From: Neovahlkampfia damariscottae
Taxonomy: Eukaryota
NCBI GenBank assembly: GCA_016618085.1
Contig: JABLTG010000025.1
Coordinates: 1 to 64,000, forward strand
Direction of reading: 5' to 3'
DNA length: 64,000 bases
The translations under genes and the position numbers were made by a program. This document shows, one piece after another, positions 22,339 through 35,336 of the stretch. A model generated the notes under the pieces. That model was given only the letters and a program-made list of their open reading frames with translations, searched no databases and had not been told where the DNA came from. Numbering within the stretch: the first letter of the stretch is position 1; every line of letters starts with the position of its first letter.

Positions 22339-22481
22339 GAAAACAATTTGATTGGATGTTTGTTTTGGAAAAAACACAACAAAAAAAATAAATTTCAAAC
22401 AAAAAACACTGATCTATTATCCTAAAATTTTAAATTCCAATAAATTGACCAATTGATTCACAATTAACGTCCAAAAAAAAA

Positions 22482-22943
22482 ATGAGCACAGAAGTAAGAC
22501 TCTTGTGATGAATTTAAATTCTTTAGATCTCTAATGTTATCAAAAACCATGTGAAATTTCTGGAAAAACTTCAATTAAAACTTGATAAAACACAAAAAAT
22601 ATATTCTCTTGATGATCTTGAAAAATATGGAAATTCCTCTGATGAATATGAGGAGGAAGAAGATAATTTAAGTGATATGGAAGCTTCTGAAGATTCTTCT
22701 GATGGAGAAGAGTCATCTGATGAAGATACACATGACTTACAAGTGGAGGAAGAATCTGAAGATGAAGAAGAGGAGTCATCTGAAAGTGAAGAATACAAAT
22801 CAAGCTCAGATGAAATTGTTGAAGAAAAACCGAAAAAAGAAAAAAATAAAAAAAAAAGAAAAATGAAAGAAAAAAAAAAACATCATAAAAAACAGAAAAC
22901 GAAACAATCCTCAATTCATAGTTATATCAATTCAAATAAATAA
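22482..22943 (+). CDS. Small acidic/basic low-complexity protein
   Basis: ATG 22482, short intron after MSTE, D/E/S-rich then K-rich. Confidence 0.6.
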
Positions 22944-23024
22944 CCAATTTTGATCCCGATTTTTTATTGATAATGTTCTTATTTTGTTATTTTTCCGAAC
23001 CAATCAGATTGCAAGTTCTAATTG

Positions 23025-24194
23025 ATGGACAACGACATGGAACAACGAGTGGCGAAGTCAGGAAAAAGATCATCCAAACTAGTTGTTGTATTTAATAATT
23101 CAAGTGTTTCAGGCAGTACAAATGAAGTTGGTGAAGAAACAAAAAACAAAAGAGAAATAAAAGACATAAATCTTGACAAATTAAGAGAGAATATTTCAGT
23201 ACCAAACTCAGATAACGAAGAAGACGATGAAGACATGAAAATTAAAAATTGTTTTTCATCCGAAGAAAAAATAAAAAAAAAAACAACTCCGGAAACACAA
23301 AGTGATGAGTTGGATTTTTTGCAAGACGAAATTTTTGGAAACAAAAATAACCAATATGACAAAAATGATAGTAAAATCATGGCTGTAGTTGAAGCACCGA
23401 AAAAGAAACCTTCATTAAAATCACTTAAGAAGTACAAAAACGAAAAAAAAGAAGAAATTGTTGAAGATGAAAAAAGACAACAGATTCTAGATGAACTTGA
23501 CAGAATTGAAAAAGAAGAATATTCTAATGATGACTATGAAAATGAAATTGAAGAAGAAGAAGACCAATCGGAAGAACTTCCAATATTTGGTGGAATAAAA
23601 AGTATGATGAATTTGAACGATTACAAAGATGTTAGAGTGAAAGAGGGATATTTAATTGTCTCAACAAATGATCAAGAAAGAGCTCATAAACGATTTATAA
23701 TCGCGTCCAAAGGAGAAGGAAAAGTACTAATTACAGTTTGGAACAATGATAGAGGTCCAAAATCATATTCTCCAATTCATAAATTGTACACTTCTCAACA
23801 TGTTATTCAAGAGAAATATCCTTTTAAAACTTCAAAGAAATCATTGACTATCGAAAAAAACATGTCTTTTATACACAGCTTAGAAATCATACCAAACAAA
23901 GGCGGTCCAAAAGAAAGACTCAGATTGTGGTCTGAAACTGAGAGAGATGCTATTGAATGGGAATTGTCAATCGAAGCAATGTTAACTTTTCAAAAAGAAC
24001 CACAAGAACTTCAACCTGCTCCTCAAGAAGGCAAAGAAGAAATTGAAGAACAAAAAGACGAAAAAAATATTCCAACAAGTACTGGAAGAGTAGGAAAATT
24101 GAAAGGATTTTTCTCGAAATTAATTGCAAATAATAATGATTCTAAAAATAATTCAACTCCAAAAAAGAGAAATTTTTCATTTTTAAAAAAATAA
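23025..24194 (+). CDS. PH-domain-like protein
   Basis: VKEGYL...HKRFII...RLRLWSETERDAIEWELSI pattern. Confidence 0.65.
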   Translation: MDNDMEQRVAKSGKRSSKLVVVFNNSSVSGSTNEVGEETKNKREIKDINLDKLRENISVPNSDNEEDDEDMKIKNCFSSEEKIKKKTTPETQSDELDFLQDEIFGNKNNQYDKNDSKIMAVVEAPKKKPSLKSLKKYKNEKKEEIVEDEKRQQILDELDRIEKEEYSNDDYENEIEEEEDQSEELPIFGGIKSMMNLNDYKDVRVKEGYLIVSTNDQERAHKRFIIASKGEGKVLITVWNNDRGPKSYSPIHKLYTSQHVIQEKYPFKTSKKSLTIEKNMSFIHSLEIIPNKGGPKERLRLWSETERDAIEWELSIEAMLTFQKEPQELQPAPQEGKEEIEEQKDEKNIPTSTGRVGKLKGFFSKLIANNNDSKNNSTPKKRNFSFLKK

Positions 24195-24200
24195 AATGTT

Positions 24201-25646
24201 TTATAATGAGATCAATCCATTGAATGCCAAAACACGAATCAAATTTTCAACTTTTTCGAGTTTGAAATTCTTAATATCTGAAAAATCACTTAAACAAAAA
24301 TTATCCTTTTGAATTCTTATCCAATCTAAAATTGAATGCAATTCTTCTTTTACATTCAATTCAATTCTTATCAATGACGAAACATCTTCATTTCCGAAAT
24401 TATTATGAATGACATATTTTCCATTTGTTTTAATTAAAACTGATATTGGATTCATTCTAAAATTTGTATTTAAATCAAATTTAAAATCTTCTTTTTTTTC
24501 AGAATGTTCATCTCTTGGAAAGAAAATTGAATTTGGCATGATATCATTGGTCTTTAATAATTTGATTTTTTCTTTCAAATCTTCAAGTAATTTTGATAAA
24601 TACTCTTTTGATTCTGTCTCATTATTGATTAAAATTCCTTTTCTCCATTTCAAATCTTTGTTCAGTAAACAATGAATCGCTGAACAAACCATATCACTCC
24701 ATTTTTGAGAAAATAAACTGACATTAATAGAAATTGAATCTTCTAAACACTCAACTTTATGCCAATGTCCAGATGGAAAATAGAGACAATCACCAGGTTT
24801 CAAAATAATCACTTCTTCGTCCTTAATTTCTTCAGGATTTGAATTGAATTCAGGATTGATATGATGAAATACTTTCAATTGTTGTTCAACATTACTTTGA
24901 TCTTTATAATGTGGAGTGAATCCTCTTTGCACTTCAGTTACATTTGATTTTTTCAAAGTCCATTTTTTGATACCTGATAATTGAAATGTGAAGTTTTCCA
25001 TAAAATCTATATGCCATCCTGTTAAATGACCCTTTTTCGAAATGAAGGTTTCAATTTCTCCTCTTTTTTCGTCTTGTGTTGATTCTGTTTGCCCAATGAA
25101 ATAACCCGCAAAATTTTGACCCAAACCGTAACTGATATCTTTCACAAAAAATTCTTCCAAGTTTTCAGGTGCTCTGAAATATAAAGAAGCACCACAATTT
25201 TGTAAAATTTTCACTTTTTCCAAATCTTCAAGTTGGAAACTAGAAATCACTTTTTCTTTATTTTTCATCCAAATGTGAATTCCTCCTTCAGTCGGTGTTT
25301 CTTCAAGTAGTTCATCAAGGTCCAAAGAAAACATATAATTCTTCATAAAATTTTTGAATCTTTTCAAAGGTGCGTTTGAAGTCGCAAAACATTTCTTTGT
25401 GTAGATGTCTTTCAAAAAATCTTCTTTTTTCAATGGATATAAAAATGTATCAAGAACATCTTGTTCTCCTGACATGTCTAATGGTATGGAAGGAAATTGA
25501 TTTTTTAAATTTTCATCTTTTTCATCAAATGTTAAAAGTGTGAGTTCATCATTTGATTTTGTTTTGTATTGAAGTTCCGCTTTGGTTCTTTTATTTTTGT
25601 CTTCTTCGTTTTTTAATTTTCTTTTCTTTTCTTTCTTTTTGTTCAT
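24201..25646 (-). CDS. JmjC/cupin 2-oxoglutarate oxygenase (RIOX/NO66-like)
   Basis: GWHIDFMENFTFQLSGIKKW, LKPGDCLYFPSGHWH. Confidence 0.88.
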   Translation of the reverse strand: MNKKKEKKRKLKNEEDKNKRTKAELQYKTKSNDELTLLTFDEKDENLKNQFPSIPLDMSGEQDVLDTFLYPLKKEDFLKDIYTKKCFATSNAPLKRFKNFMKNYMFSLDLDELLEETPTEGGIHIWMKNKEKVISSFQLEDLEKVKILQNCGASLYFRAPENLEEFFVKDISYGLGQNFAGYFIGQTESTQDEKRGEIETFISKKGHLTGWHIDFMENFTFQLSGIKKWTLKKSNVTEVQRGFTPHYKDQSNVEQQLKVFHHINPEFNSNPEEIKDEEVIILKPGDCLYFPSGHWHKVECLEDSISINVSLFSQKWSDMVCSAIHCLLNKDLKWRKGILINNETESKEYLSKLLEDLKEKIKLLKTNDIMPNSIFFPRDEHSEKKEDFKFDLNTNFRMNPISVLIKTNGKYVIHNNFGNEDVSSLIRIELNVKEELHSILDWIRIQKDNFCLSDFSDIKNFKLEKVENLIRVLAFNGLISL

Positions 25647-25785
25647 CAAAACTCAATTGGTCAATTCAAAACAGTAGAATTTATCCACTTTATCAAAAAT
25701 TTATCAGAAAAAATCTCTATTTTACAAATTTTCGCCACATATTGTTAAATAATTTCCAAATGCAATTGGGAGAATTAAATATTCT

Positions 25786-26175
25786 TTATTGTTGAAATTT
25801 CCACCACAAGTTCATCCCAAATAAATTCATTCTTGAAGGGTATGTTAAAACTACATTTAATCCTTTGGTTTTTGAGAATTCCATTGTTTTATTAAGGATT
25901 CCGTTTCCTTTTTCAATTTCTTTTCCTTTGATGTCTTCAATCACCCATGAAATTGGCGGAGGTGATGCAAGTAGGTGTGCTTTTTTTTGATTTTTTTCCG
26001 TGGAAATTGGAAATTTGCAGGTGTTTCTTGGATAATTCCAAAATACTGATCCTGCCATACAATTTTTAATATCTCCTCTGACACATGATCCACTGTCAGC
26101 TGTGAAACGACAATTTTGTTGAGCATAAGTGAGTGTGATCAAAACGATCATCATGATGAGTATTGTGAGCTTCAT
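25786..26175 (-). CDS. Small secreted Cys-containing protein
   Basis: Signal peptide MKLTILIMMIVLITLTYA; 4 Cys. Confidence 0.65.
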   Translation of the reverse strand: MKLTILIMMIVLITLTYAQQNCRFTADSGSCVRGDIKNCMAGSVFWNYPRNTCKFPISTEKNQKKAHLLASPPPISWVIEDIKGKEIEKGNGILNKTMEFSKTKGLNVVLTYPSRMNLFGMNLWWKFQQ

Positions 26176-26366
26176 TTGTTTCTTCGGCAATAGTTTAGAA
26201 GGATTTTGAACCAATTAAACTTCTTATTGCTTCCAATTGTTAGTTTTAGAATCCAAAAATCAGTCTTGTTGGAATTAATCCTCAAATCATCTTGACTTTG
26301 AGTTTCTACAAATCTTCTAATCATTAATCTTCCAATCATTGTTGACCAATAACTTCGAAATTGTTC

Positions 26367-26969
26367 ATGCATCAATACCAAAGCACAGACCAAGTTCCTT
26401 TGTTAAAAAACAACCAAAGTGAGGTAATCGAAATAGTTGATGATGTAACTCCAAGAAGAATTGTACCACCAAAAAATTTGCAAAACCCTCGAAATCCGGT
26501 TCGAAAAATGTTTTCCTTTAATTTTCTTTCAGATGATTCAATTACAAATGCAAAGACAACAACAACAACAACAACAACAGTTCAATCAAAACAGTTTGTT
26601 AGATCAACCAAAAGTGAAAAGTTACGCAGTTTCCACTCTTCCTGGTCTCAGCGATGAATTTGTTGTTGAAAAAGTTGCAGAAATTAAAAAAATTACTTTC
26701 AGTACAGAAAAAAGAGAAATGATCAAACAAATTTGTCAAACAAATTCATTAACTTGTCAACAAGCAAGATTATTCACAGATCTCTTTCGTGCTAGTTATG
26801 AAAAGGTTTGACAATTTTTCAATATATTAATTGTATTTAAAAATAACAGAAACTATTAATTATTGACGATTTTCAATTGTCAGATCCAAAAGAAAACATG
26901 AAACATCTTTTGGATACATTCGATTTTGAAGAAGATAAAAAACTAACCCATTTTAAATTACTAAAATAA
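26367..26969 (+). CDS. DUF4476-like helical domain protein, 2 introns
   Basis: Intron 26499-26532 joins two track ORFs; FSTEKREMI...LTCQQAR...F...EK...DP.N...LLDTFDFEEDK. Confidence 0.65.
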
Positions 26970-27103
26970 ATTTGATATATTCAAAACAAAGCCACCATGT
27001 CAATTTATTTTCATTCAAATTTGGAAGTTTTTCCATTCGGAAATTTATGATTGGTTTGCTCCACTTTTGGATAATTTCTTATCTAAAATCCACATTTAAA
27101 CAA

Positions 27104-27685
27104 ATGAACCAAAACCCCGGTTCAATCAAATCTCTTTTACACATGATGAAAAAATTGGATGGACAAGCAACTTTGTCTTTCGGAAAGAACACTACATCCA
27201 CAAGAAATGCTCACTTCAACTTTCTTGAAGATCTAAAGAAGGTTCTAATCAACGACATGTGGATCTTATCTGCAGGTTGGATCACAATGACTGAAGCAGT
27301 ATTATACTCATGGTCTAGAAGTTCAATGACTTTCCTCTATAATCCTAGCTCATATTACTATTTCAAGTTTCTCGAAAATGGAGATATTACCTTGAATAGA
27401 AGTTTGATACGAGATTTTGTAACACCTGCCAAAATCATACTTGAAGAAGGTTCATGGGATATTTCTGAAGTTGAAAATTGTTATGTTTTGCATTTCAAAA
27501 TTAGAGGATATGTGCTTCCTTCTGGAGAAAACATTTACGAACAAGAAAAGATTTTTGATGTTGAATCATTTTATCACATGGAATCTTTGAACACAAAATT
27601 CATGATTCTCAAACTTGTGAAATTGCAAAAAGACAGAGGTGATATCAGTTTTTTAGAGTGGAAAAAAATATTCACTGAAATGTAA
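27104..27685 (+). CDS. Hypothetical protein
   Basis: Long ORF, ATG downstream of a GATTGG box. Confidence 0.65.
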   Translation: MNQNPGSIKSLLHMMKKLDGQATLSFGKNTTSTRNAHFNFLEDLKKVLINDMWILSAGWITMTEAVLYSWSRSSMTFLYNPSSYYYFKFLENGDITLNRSLIRDFVTPAKIILEEGSWDISEVENCYVLHFKIRGYVLPSGENIYEQEKIFDVESFYHMESLNTKFMILKLVKLQKDRGDISFLEWKKIFTEM

Positions 27686-28057
27686 ATAAATTTATTATTA
27701 TTATTTTGAAATGATCATTTTTTATTGATTTTTTCATTTATCTATCCTATCCAATTGAACATAAATGGCAGTGGTTTTTCGTATTAACGTAATAAACAAC
27801 TTTTTACAAAGTAAGTTTGTGGATAAATTATTCTGTTCCATGATGAACCATCTGTTGAGAATTCAGTTGAGAAAGTATGATGATTTGTTTTTACTTAGAT
27901 TGGAGAAATTAAAAAATTGTTCAATCAGAGCAACTTGAAAACAAAAAATAAAAGGAATGAAACTTTTAAAAGACAAACTGACTGTGATTAATTCTAGATG
28001 TAAAATTTCTATCTTTCTATTGGTCCACTGTTTCTAAATCAAAAAAACTGTTTGGCC

Positions 28058-29661
28058 ATGAAGAATAACTTGAAGTTTTTTTTGTTTTTATTATTCCTTT
28101 TTTTCAAGCTGAAGGATTGTAAACTTCAATTAATGGTACCATCAACAAAACAACCAAAAAAGTTCTCAAAAATTTTACTTCCATATGGAAACCGGAATTT
28201 TTTTGATGCAGAATTATATAATCAAAACATATTCCTCGCTCCAACATCATTTTTAATTGCAACTTCATCAGTACAAGATTTATGTCAAATCAAACATCAA
28301 GTTAAAGAACTTCAACCGGAGTTATGGAACAACTCAAAAATAACAAATCCATGTGAACAGTATTTTTGCTCAAATTCAACACCTCATTTTTTTTCAATCA
28401 ATCAAAATGAAACAATTCCTTTGGAACAAAGAATTGAAGCTCAAAATACACACATTGCTATTAACAGGCTATGTTCGTTATGTGAATCAAATTTAACTTT
28501 GAATTTTAACAATTTTATTAAAAATAACACTTGTAAATGGTTTGATAGAACATGTGATAGTGACTATTGTACTGACCGCTCAGTTTGCATACCATACAAA
28601 AAAGAGTACAATTTATGTTACCTTCCACAAAGAGATTTATTCATGGCAAAAGATGATTTTACACATGAGTATTTATTTTTTGTTTATTATTCATTCAGTC
28701 CTTACCTCAATTTCATTGCATCGCTCATTTTTTTCATTGCAGATATTATTTTTTTAATTATACCTCAATCTGTTTATTTAACCAAGTACATGTTAGGAGA
28801 TCATGAAAGAAACAAAAAAATTAGACTTTTATTTAATTTAAAGAATTTTATTAGAATTATTGTCTGCACATTACATTTGATACCAATGGTGGCATCTTTC
28901 ATTGATACAATGAATTTGATATCTGTCAGACTTTATGTAATGGCAAATATATATTGTGCATCAGCATCTTTAATAGCTTTTAATTTAATGATTGTGGAAT
29001 GGTATATTGATTAATTTCATTTTCTAATTTCTTCAGGTCACATGTTTTAACAGAATTAGAAAGTTTACATGCAATGACAATTTCATGGAAAAATTTGTAA
29101 TTCAAAAAAACCACTTTATAACTTTTGTAGGTTATTGTTATTGTTTACTATTGTTCCTCTGTCAGCTTTAACCGGATTCAATTTACTATCATATATTTTG
29201 TATACTTTTGTCGATGGACAAAAAAGAGGATTCTTCAAATACCTCATTGGTGTGATTTTTCTTTTAATGATATTTTTATTGATTACAGAAGTATTAGGAT
29301 CATCAATTGCCTCAATAAAAGTGATATTTAAAGTGTATTCAAACAAGGTCATGCAACAAGATTCAAGTCCACTTGATATCATTAGATTGAGCGTAAGTCT
29401 TTCATTTGGTTTTTAAATTTCAAGTTTACAAAATATATGATTTTCTTAATTGGAAACTCCATTCATTGCACACTTTTAATGTTTTTTAATGCAATAATTT
29501 TTTTAGTTGGAAATGATGCGTTATCCATTCAATTGTATTGTTTACAGGCACCATTGATATCAACTTCTAATCTGTTCATGTCATCTGCTCTGTTTTACGG
29601 TGTTTTACCAAAGGATCACATCAAAAAGTATTATTGTTGTTGTTGTAACAAAGAAGATTGA
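28058..29661 (+). CDS. Multi-pass membrane protein with signal peptide and Cys-rich ectodomain (receptor-like)
   Basis: Hydrophobic N-terminus, Cys cluster, about 7 hydrophobic segments over 4 exons, C-terminal CCCC. Confidence 0.65.
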
Positions 29662-29771
29662 AAAGAATTTAAAAATAAATTGTTGTGACTAAAACAATTG
29701 AACTTTTTATATTTGAAGAATTAAACATGAGTTTTTCAACTTCACAAATGAATTTATTTTCACTTGATATT

Positions 29772-32280
29772 TCATTTATATTTGAAATTCAAATCCTCAT
29801 TTGAAAATGAATATATTTTCCATTTAAATGTAAAATCCCAAGTATCTTTATGAATTCTTGAATTTTCAAAAAATGATGAATCAATTTCGTAAATATTTCC
29901 ATAAATTTTCAATAATTTTGACATGACATAAATATTTCCTTTCTTCATTGAAATATCAATTGGAATTAAATTTTCATCATTTTTCATTTTCAAATCAAAT
30001 TTAACATTTTCAATCAAAAAATCAAAAATATCAATTTTATCAAAAATGATTGATAAATTTAAAATACTATTTCCTTCTTTATCTATAAAATTTACATTAT
30101 CAACCTTGGAAATAGTTTCAATCAATAATAATAAATTTCCATGAATAATACATTTTTTCAATAATGTTTCATAATTTTTGATTGAATCTTTGGTGAGTTT
30201 ATATTTCGAAGTTTGAATTTCATATTCTATTGATTTTTGAAATTTTTGAAATATTGGAATTAATTCTCCTTTTGAATAAGATAATGCATCAAGATTCTTT
30301 GTATTCTTCTCCAACATTGAAACACCATTTTTTAACAAATATTCTACAAGTTCAGTGTTCTTTTTCATTGCAGATAACATTAAAATATTTGATCCCCTTG
30401 TTGTTTTTTCTGAAAATGAACTTCCATTTTTTATTAAGAATTCAATGACCGAAATTCTTTGGTTATTATTTACAGTTTTTAATAAAGGAGTAAAACCAAG
30501 CATATCCAAATCTTTCATTCCATTATCACTATGTTTCAATAAAAATTCAATGGTTTCTATATTGGCATGAGAACATGCATATAAAATAGGTGTATTAAAA
30601 CTTGAATCTAATTGAGAAACAGAACATCCAGAATCAATTAAATATTGAAGTATTTCTAAATTTCCTTTTGGAATTGCTTTATATAATGGACCTCTTCCTT
30701 GTTCATCAACATTTAAAACAGAATCACCTACTACTTCAATCAAGTATTTTATAACTTCAAGATTACTGCCAGGAATAATTCTTAATAATGGTCCAAAATT
30801 TGATTTATTCTTTTCAAGTTTAACTCCTTTTGAAACTAAAAGTTTTAAAATTTCAATGGTTTGTCCATAAAATAAACAATTTTCTTCCCAAATGTTTTTG
30901 TGGTCAATGTTAATCCCTTTTTCAATCAAAAAATTTGCGATTTCAATATTCCCTTTTATTGTAGCTGTAAATAAAGCATTATTTAAGAATTCATCTTTTT
31001 CTTCAATAGATGAACCATTATCTAATAAAAAAGAAATCAAATTTAAATTTTCTGAATGAATAGATTTTAAAAAGACTGTAGTTTGATGCATTGATTTTTC
31101 AGTAACCGAACATCCTTTGGATAATAAATATTTAACAACATCTAAACTACCATTTTGAGCTGCTGTCAGTAATGGAGTATTTTCTGTTTGATCTCTTGAA
31201 GATAATGATATTCCTTTATCAACCAAATATTTCATCATTTCAACATGATTATTTTGAGCAGCATAATGAAGAGCTGTTTTTTTTTGTCTATTTTTGACAT
31301 TCAATTTACAACCCTTTTCAATTAAATATTTCACAATTTTAAAATTTCCTGCTCTGGTTGCAGCCAATAATGGTGTTTGATGTGAATGACTTGAATCATC
31401 TAATAAACCACCTTTTTCTAAAATCAATTTAATAACTTCAATATTATCATGAACTTCTTTTTTTCGACCACAAATTTGAAGAATTAAACTGATACCATTC
31501 TTATCTTTTGATTGCGCGCTCAATCCTTTTTCAAATAAAAATTTCATTGTTTCCAATTGACCTTTAAAGGCTGCATAATGAATAGCTCCAAAATGATTCT
31601 TATCTTTTGCATCAAGTTTACAACCAAATTCAATCAATAATTTTATCATTTCAATATCACCTCTAGTTGATGCTTTTAACAATGGATTTTTATGTTTTAT
31701 ATCATACGCTTCAATATCACTACCATTTTCCAATAAAAATTTTGAACATTCAATATTTCCACAAGCAACAGCAAAGTGAAGTGGAATTTTTAATCTCTTG
31801 TTTTTTTTATTTACATCCATTCCATGTCGAACAAAATACATTACATAATTTAAATTTCCTTGTTTACAAGCAGCGTTTAAAAATGATCCTCCATCAATAG
31901 CATCTGATTCTTCTTCAAATGAAAGTAATTTATTTCCAAAAAAATAATTCAAAAACAAGTTGTTGTTGTTGTTTCCTCTCATGTTTTGAAGGATAGCAGT
32001 CAAGTAAGCTCTTTTTAAATGTTCCTTTGAAAAATTTTGTATTAGGGCCTTCAACGATTCTAAGTCACCAAGTTCTGAAAATTGTCGATATCTATCATTA
32101 AGAGGTTTATTATAACTTGTAAAACGATCTAAATTTAGAAATGAAAAAAATAATACGAATTATGATTTTTAGCCATAGTTTTAGATGAAAATAGTGATTC
32201 AGAGTTTTATATGAAATCACTAAAATGACCATCAATTGGAGTATCAAAATAAAATTTGAAGTTACAACTTCAACAATCAT
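29772..32280 (-). CDS. Ankyrin-repeat protein with hydrophobic N-terminus
   Basis: Many TPL/TALH..A..G repeats; a short intron near 32129-32158 links to a MIVEVVTS exon. Confidence 0.9.
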
Positions 32281-32627
32281 CTTCTGTTTGAAAATGAAGT
32301 TCAAAAACTGTCCAATGAAATGATTCGTATTTTTCATATTTGTAATCTCAAAAATACAGTTCTAATTTTCCCTTGAATGACTTGCAATTCTATTACGCCA
32401 AATTAATTTAAGAGGAGTAACAACTTGTTTTGTTGGAATGAATCAAAAGATATTTCAAGTTTTCTAATTGCAAACAATTTATAGGCTTAAATAGACAATT
32501 TGTTCTACTATTGATTATGATTCCGTTCGCATTAAACTCTCAAATCAAAACAACTCCGAGGAATTTAAAAAAATAACCAATCGGAATCATTTAATCTTCA
32601 AACCCTTCAAAGCAACCTAAACACAAC

Positions 32628-33857
32628 ATGCAAACCGAATTTTACTTTGATTTATGTTCAGATTTTCCACCAGAAATCTCATATTTAATTTTTAGCAATT
32701 TAGAAGCAAAAGATTTAATCAAGTGCCAATTAGTTTCAAAAAGTTGGTTAAAACAAGGAGATGATTGGAAACTATGGAAAGACTTATGTTTAAATTTATG
32801 GGATGGAAAACAATACAAAAATAACCACAAACAAAATTTTATTTTCAATCCAAAAGATCAAAAAAAGATAAACCTCTCAATTAGAGAAATGAAAGACCAT
32901 TTAAGAAAGCATGAAATTAAAACCTACGATTGTTTAACAAGAGAAGATTATGAAGAAAAATTAAAATTGATTCCAGGACCACCAGTCAATTGCGTATACA
33001 ATTATTTTGATAAAAATTTTGGTGTAAAAAGATTAAAAGAAGTTTACTTTAAATCTATTAGATATTCAAAAAGACAATATATAACATCAGCTGAATTACT
33101 TGATATGCAATGGATTTTGAAATTCAAACAAAATGAAAAAAGTTTAATGTTCGTTGAATTTTATGAAAATCATAATATGTTATTGAATTATCAAGGAAAT
33201 TTAATGAAATGGGAAATTATTAATAATGGATATAATGTAAAAGTAGATCAATATCCAACATTAAAAATCAAAAGAACTGCGAATTGGGGTTGGGTTTTAG
33301 AAAATGATTATGCCACTATATCAACTATTGATGCTGAAAAGAGAATTTCTCATTTACAACCACAAACTATTGAATCTAGACTATCTATTGCCAATAAAAT
33401 CAAAGAAGAAGGAAATTATTTCTTCAAAGAAGGTGAACTTAAAAATGCTTTGCAATTGTATAAATCAGTTTTTCATTATGTAAAACAAATTCCAGAAGAA
33501 TTAGCAAGAGATTTATTGTACTCTAGAAATGTTGGAAATCAATATTCTCAAGAATTAGTCAAATTGAAAATATCAACTTGTTTAAACATATCAACATGTT
33601 TTTTGAAATTAAAAATATATGATGAAGCACTTGCATCAGCTCAAAGAGCCTTAAGATTTGATCCTAATTCCGTAAAAGCATTAGTAAGAAGAGCTCAATC
33701 ATTCATGGAATTGGGAAATTATAAAAGAGCAAAAATTGATTTAGATGTTTGCAAATCAAAAACAAGTGATAAAACCATTGAAGATCTTTGGAGGAAATGT
33801 GATAGAGAAATCAGAAAAGAAGAAAGATATTTTGAATCTATTGCAAAAGCTCAATAA
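32628..33857 (+). CDS. F-box and TPR domain protein
   Basis: DFPPEISYLIFSNL...CQLVSKSW; KEEGNYFFK...VKALVRRAQS. Confidence 0.88.
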   Translation: MQTEFYFDLCSDFPPEISYLIFSNLEAKDLIKCQLVSKSWLKQGDDWKLWKDLCLNLWDGKQYKNNHKQNFIFNPKDQKKINLSIREMKDHLRKHEIKTYDCLTREDYEEKLKLIPGPPVNCVYNYFDKNFGVKRLKEVYFKSIRYSKRQYITSAELLDMQWILKFKQNEKSLMFVEFYENHNMLLNYQGNLMKWEIINNGYNVKVDQYPTLKIKRTANWGWVLENDYATISTIDAEKRISHLQPQTIESRLSIANKIKEEGNYFFKEGELKNALQLYKSVFHYVKQIPEELARDLLYSRNVGNQYSQELVKLKISTCLNISTCFLKLKIYDEALASAQRALRFDPNSVKALVRRAQSFMELGNYKRAKIDLDVCKSKTSDKTIEDLWRKCDREIRKEERYFESIAKAQ

Positions 33858-33870
33858 ATTTTCATGTATT

Positions 33871-35233
33871 TTATTTTTTCAATTTTTTTAATCTGTTAAT
33901 TGCTTCATTAAGAGTTTCTTCTTTTTTTGCAAAACAAACTCGGCAATAATATTTTTTTTTATCGAATAATGTTTTTTCGTTTGATGTGAAAGCTGAAAGT
34001 GGTAAAAATGTTACACCTGTGTTTTTAATCATCCAACGGCACATTTCATCATCTTTTTCTATTTCACTTGATTTTTTAAATTCGACTAAATCTATAATTG
34101 AACTAATATCAACAATAATGAAATATCCACCTTGTGGTCTGATAACTGAACCTTTACCAAAAATTTCTTCAAGTGAATCACATAAGAAATTACATTTCTT
34201 TTCCAATTCAATTTTAAATTTTTTCAAATAATCATTTGATGAGGTATCTAATAAACATTTAGCAATACCTCTTTGTAAAGGTGTGTTTACACAAAATGTT
34301 GACACTTGATTAACTTTGAAAATTGGTGAAATCAACTCTTTTGGTCCAATAATCCAACCAACTTTAAAACCGGTAACAGAAAATGATTTTGATGAAGAAC
34401 TTACAGTTAATGTTCTTTCCCACATATTTTCATATGTAGCTAATCTTTCATGTTTTAAATTTTCAAAAATTAAAAATTCATAGACTTCATCTGTTAGGAC
34501 TAACAAATCAAATTCAATTGAAATTTTTGCAATAATTTGTAATTCTTTTTTTGTGAAGATTTTTCCTGTTGGATTATTTGGTGAATTAATTATTAAAAAT
34601 TTAGTTTTGTTTGTTATGGATTTTCTCAAATTATCTTCATTCAATATCCATTTCTCAGTTGCTGTTGAATTGTTTGTTGTTGATTCTAAACTACAAATAA
34701 CAGGTTTACCACCAGCAACACTGACCCATTCTTTTTAAAATTAAAAAAAAAAGATTATCATTTTACCCAAGTACTGATTGAAATATGGTTCCAAAATGAT
34801 AACTTCATCTCCTTCATTCAAAAAAGCTTGGAAAATCATAAAAATTCCACCACTTGCTCCATTTGAAACTGTATTAAAATGGTAAAAAATATTTCAATCT
34901 TGATACCAATAACTTCATTTAGTGAGTCAATTTCTCTGTTCAACAAAGAACCATAAAAATTAGAGATTTGTTTTGTTAATTCTAAATCACCTTTTGGTCT
35001 GGCATAATAAAGAGGACCTGATTTAATCGCTTCAATTGAATTTTCTTTTATAAAATTTTCAGTTTCAAAATCTTTCAATTTTGTGTGAAAAATTAACATT
35101 TTTGTTTACCTGGAAAGCCTTGGCCCAAATTTACAGATTTATTTTCGTTATTCAGTCTTGTATATTCTGTCCAAATATTTTCTTCTGGAAATTGTTGAAT
35201 TCTTTTTGCTGTTCTTTCTTTGATCGGTTTCAT
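33871..35233 (-). CDS. Kynurenine aminotransferase-like class I PLP aminotransferase
   Basis: NLGQGFP, NSPNNPTGK, TDEVYE, SSSKSFSVTGFKVGW, RVCFAK. Confidence 0.92.
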
Positions 35234-35336
35234 TGTGGAAGAAATTTTGTTGGAAGAAATATGAAACTCCTATTGGTTTATTATTCAAACCTTCCAATTT
35301 ACTGTCATTGGACGTTTTTTGTTTTTTTCTTGAAGG

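Noticed and set aside
26555..26580. Frameshift at a CAA microsatellite
   Set aside because: A 34-nt GT-AG intron (26499-26532) explains the frame change; the repeat encodes polyQ.
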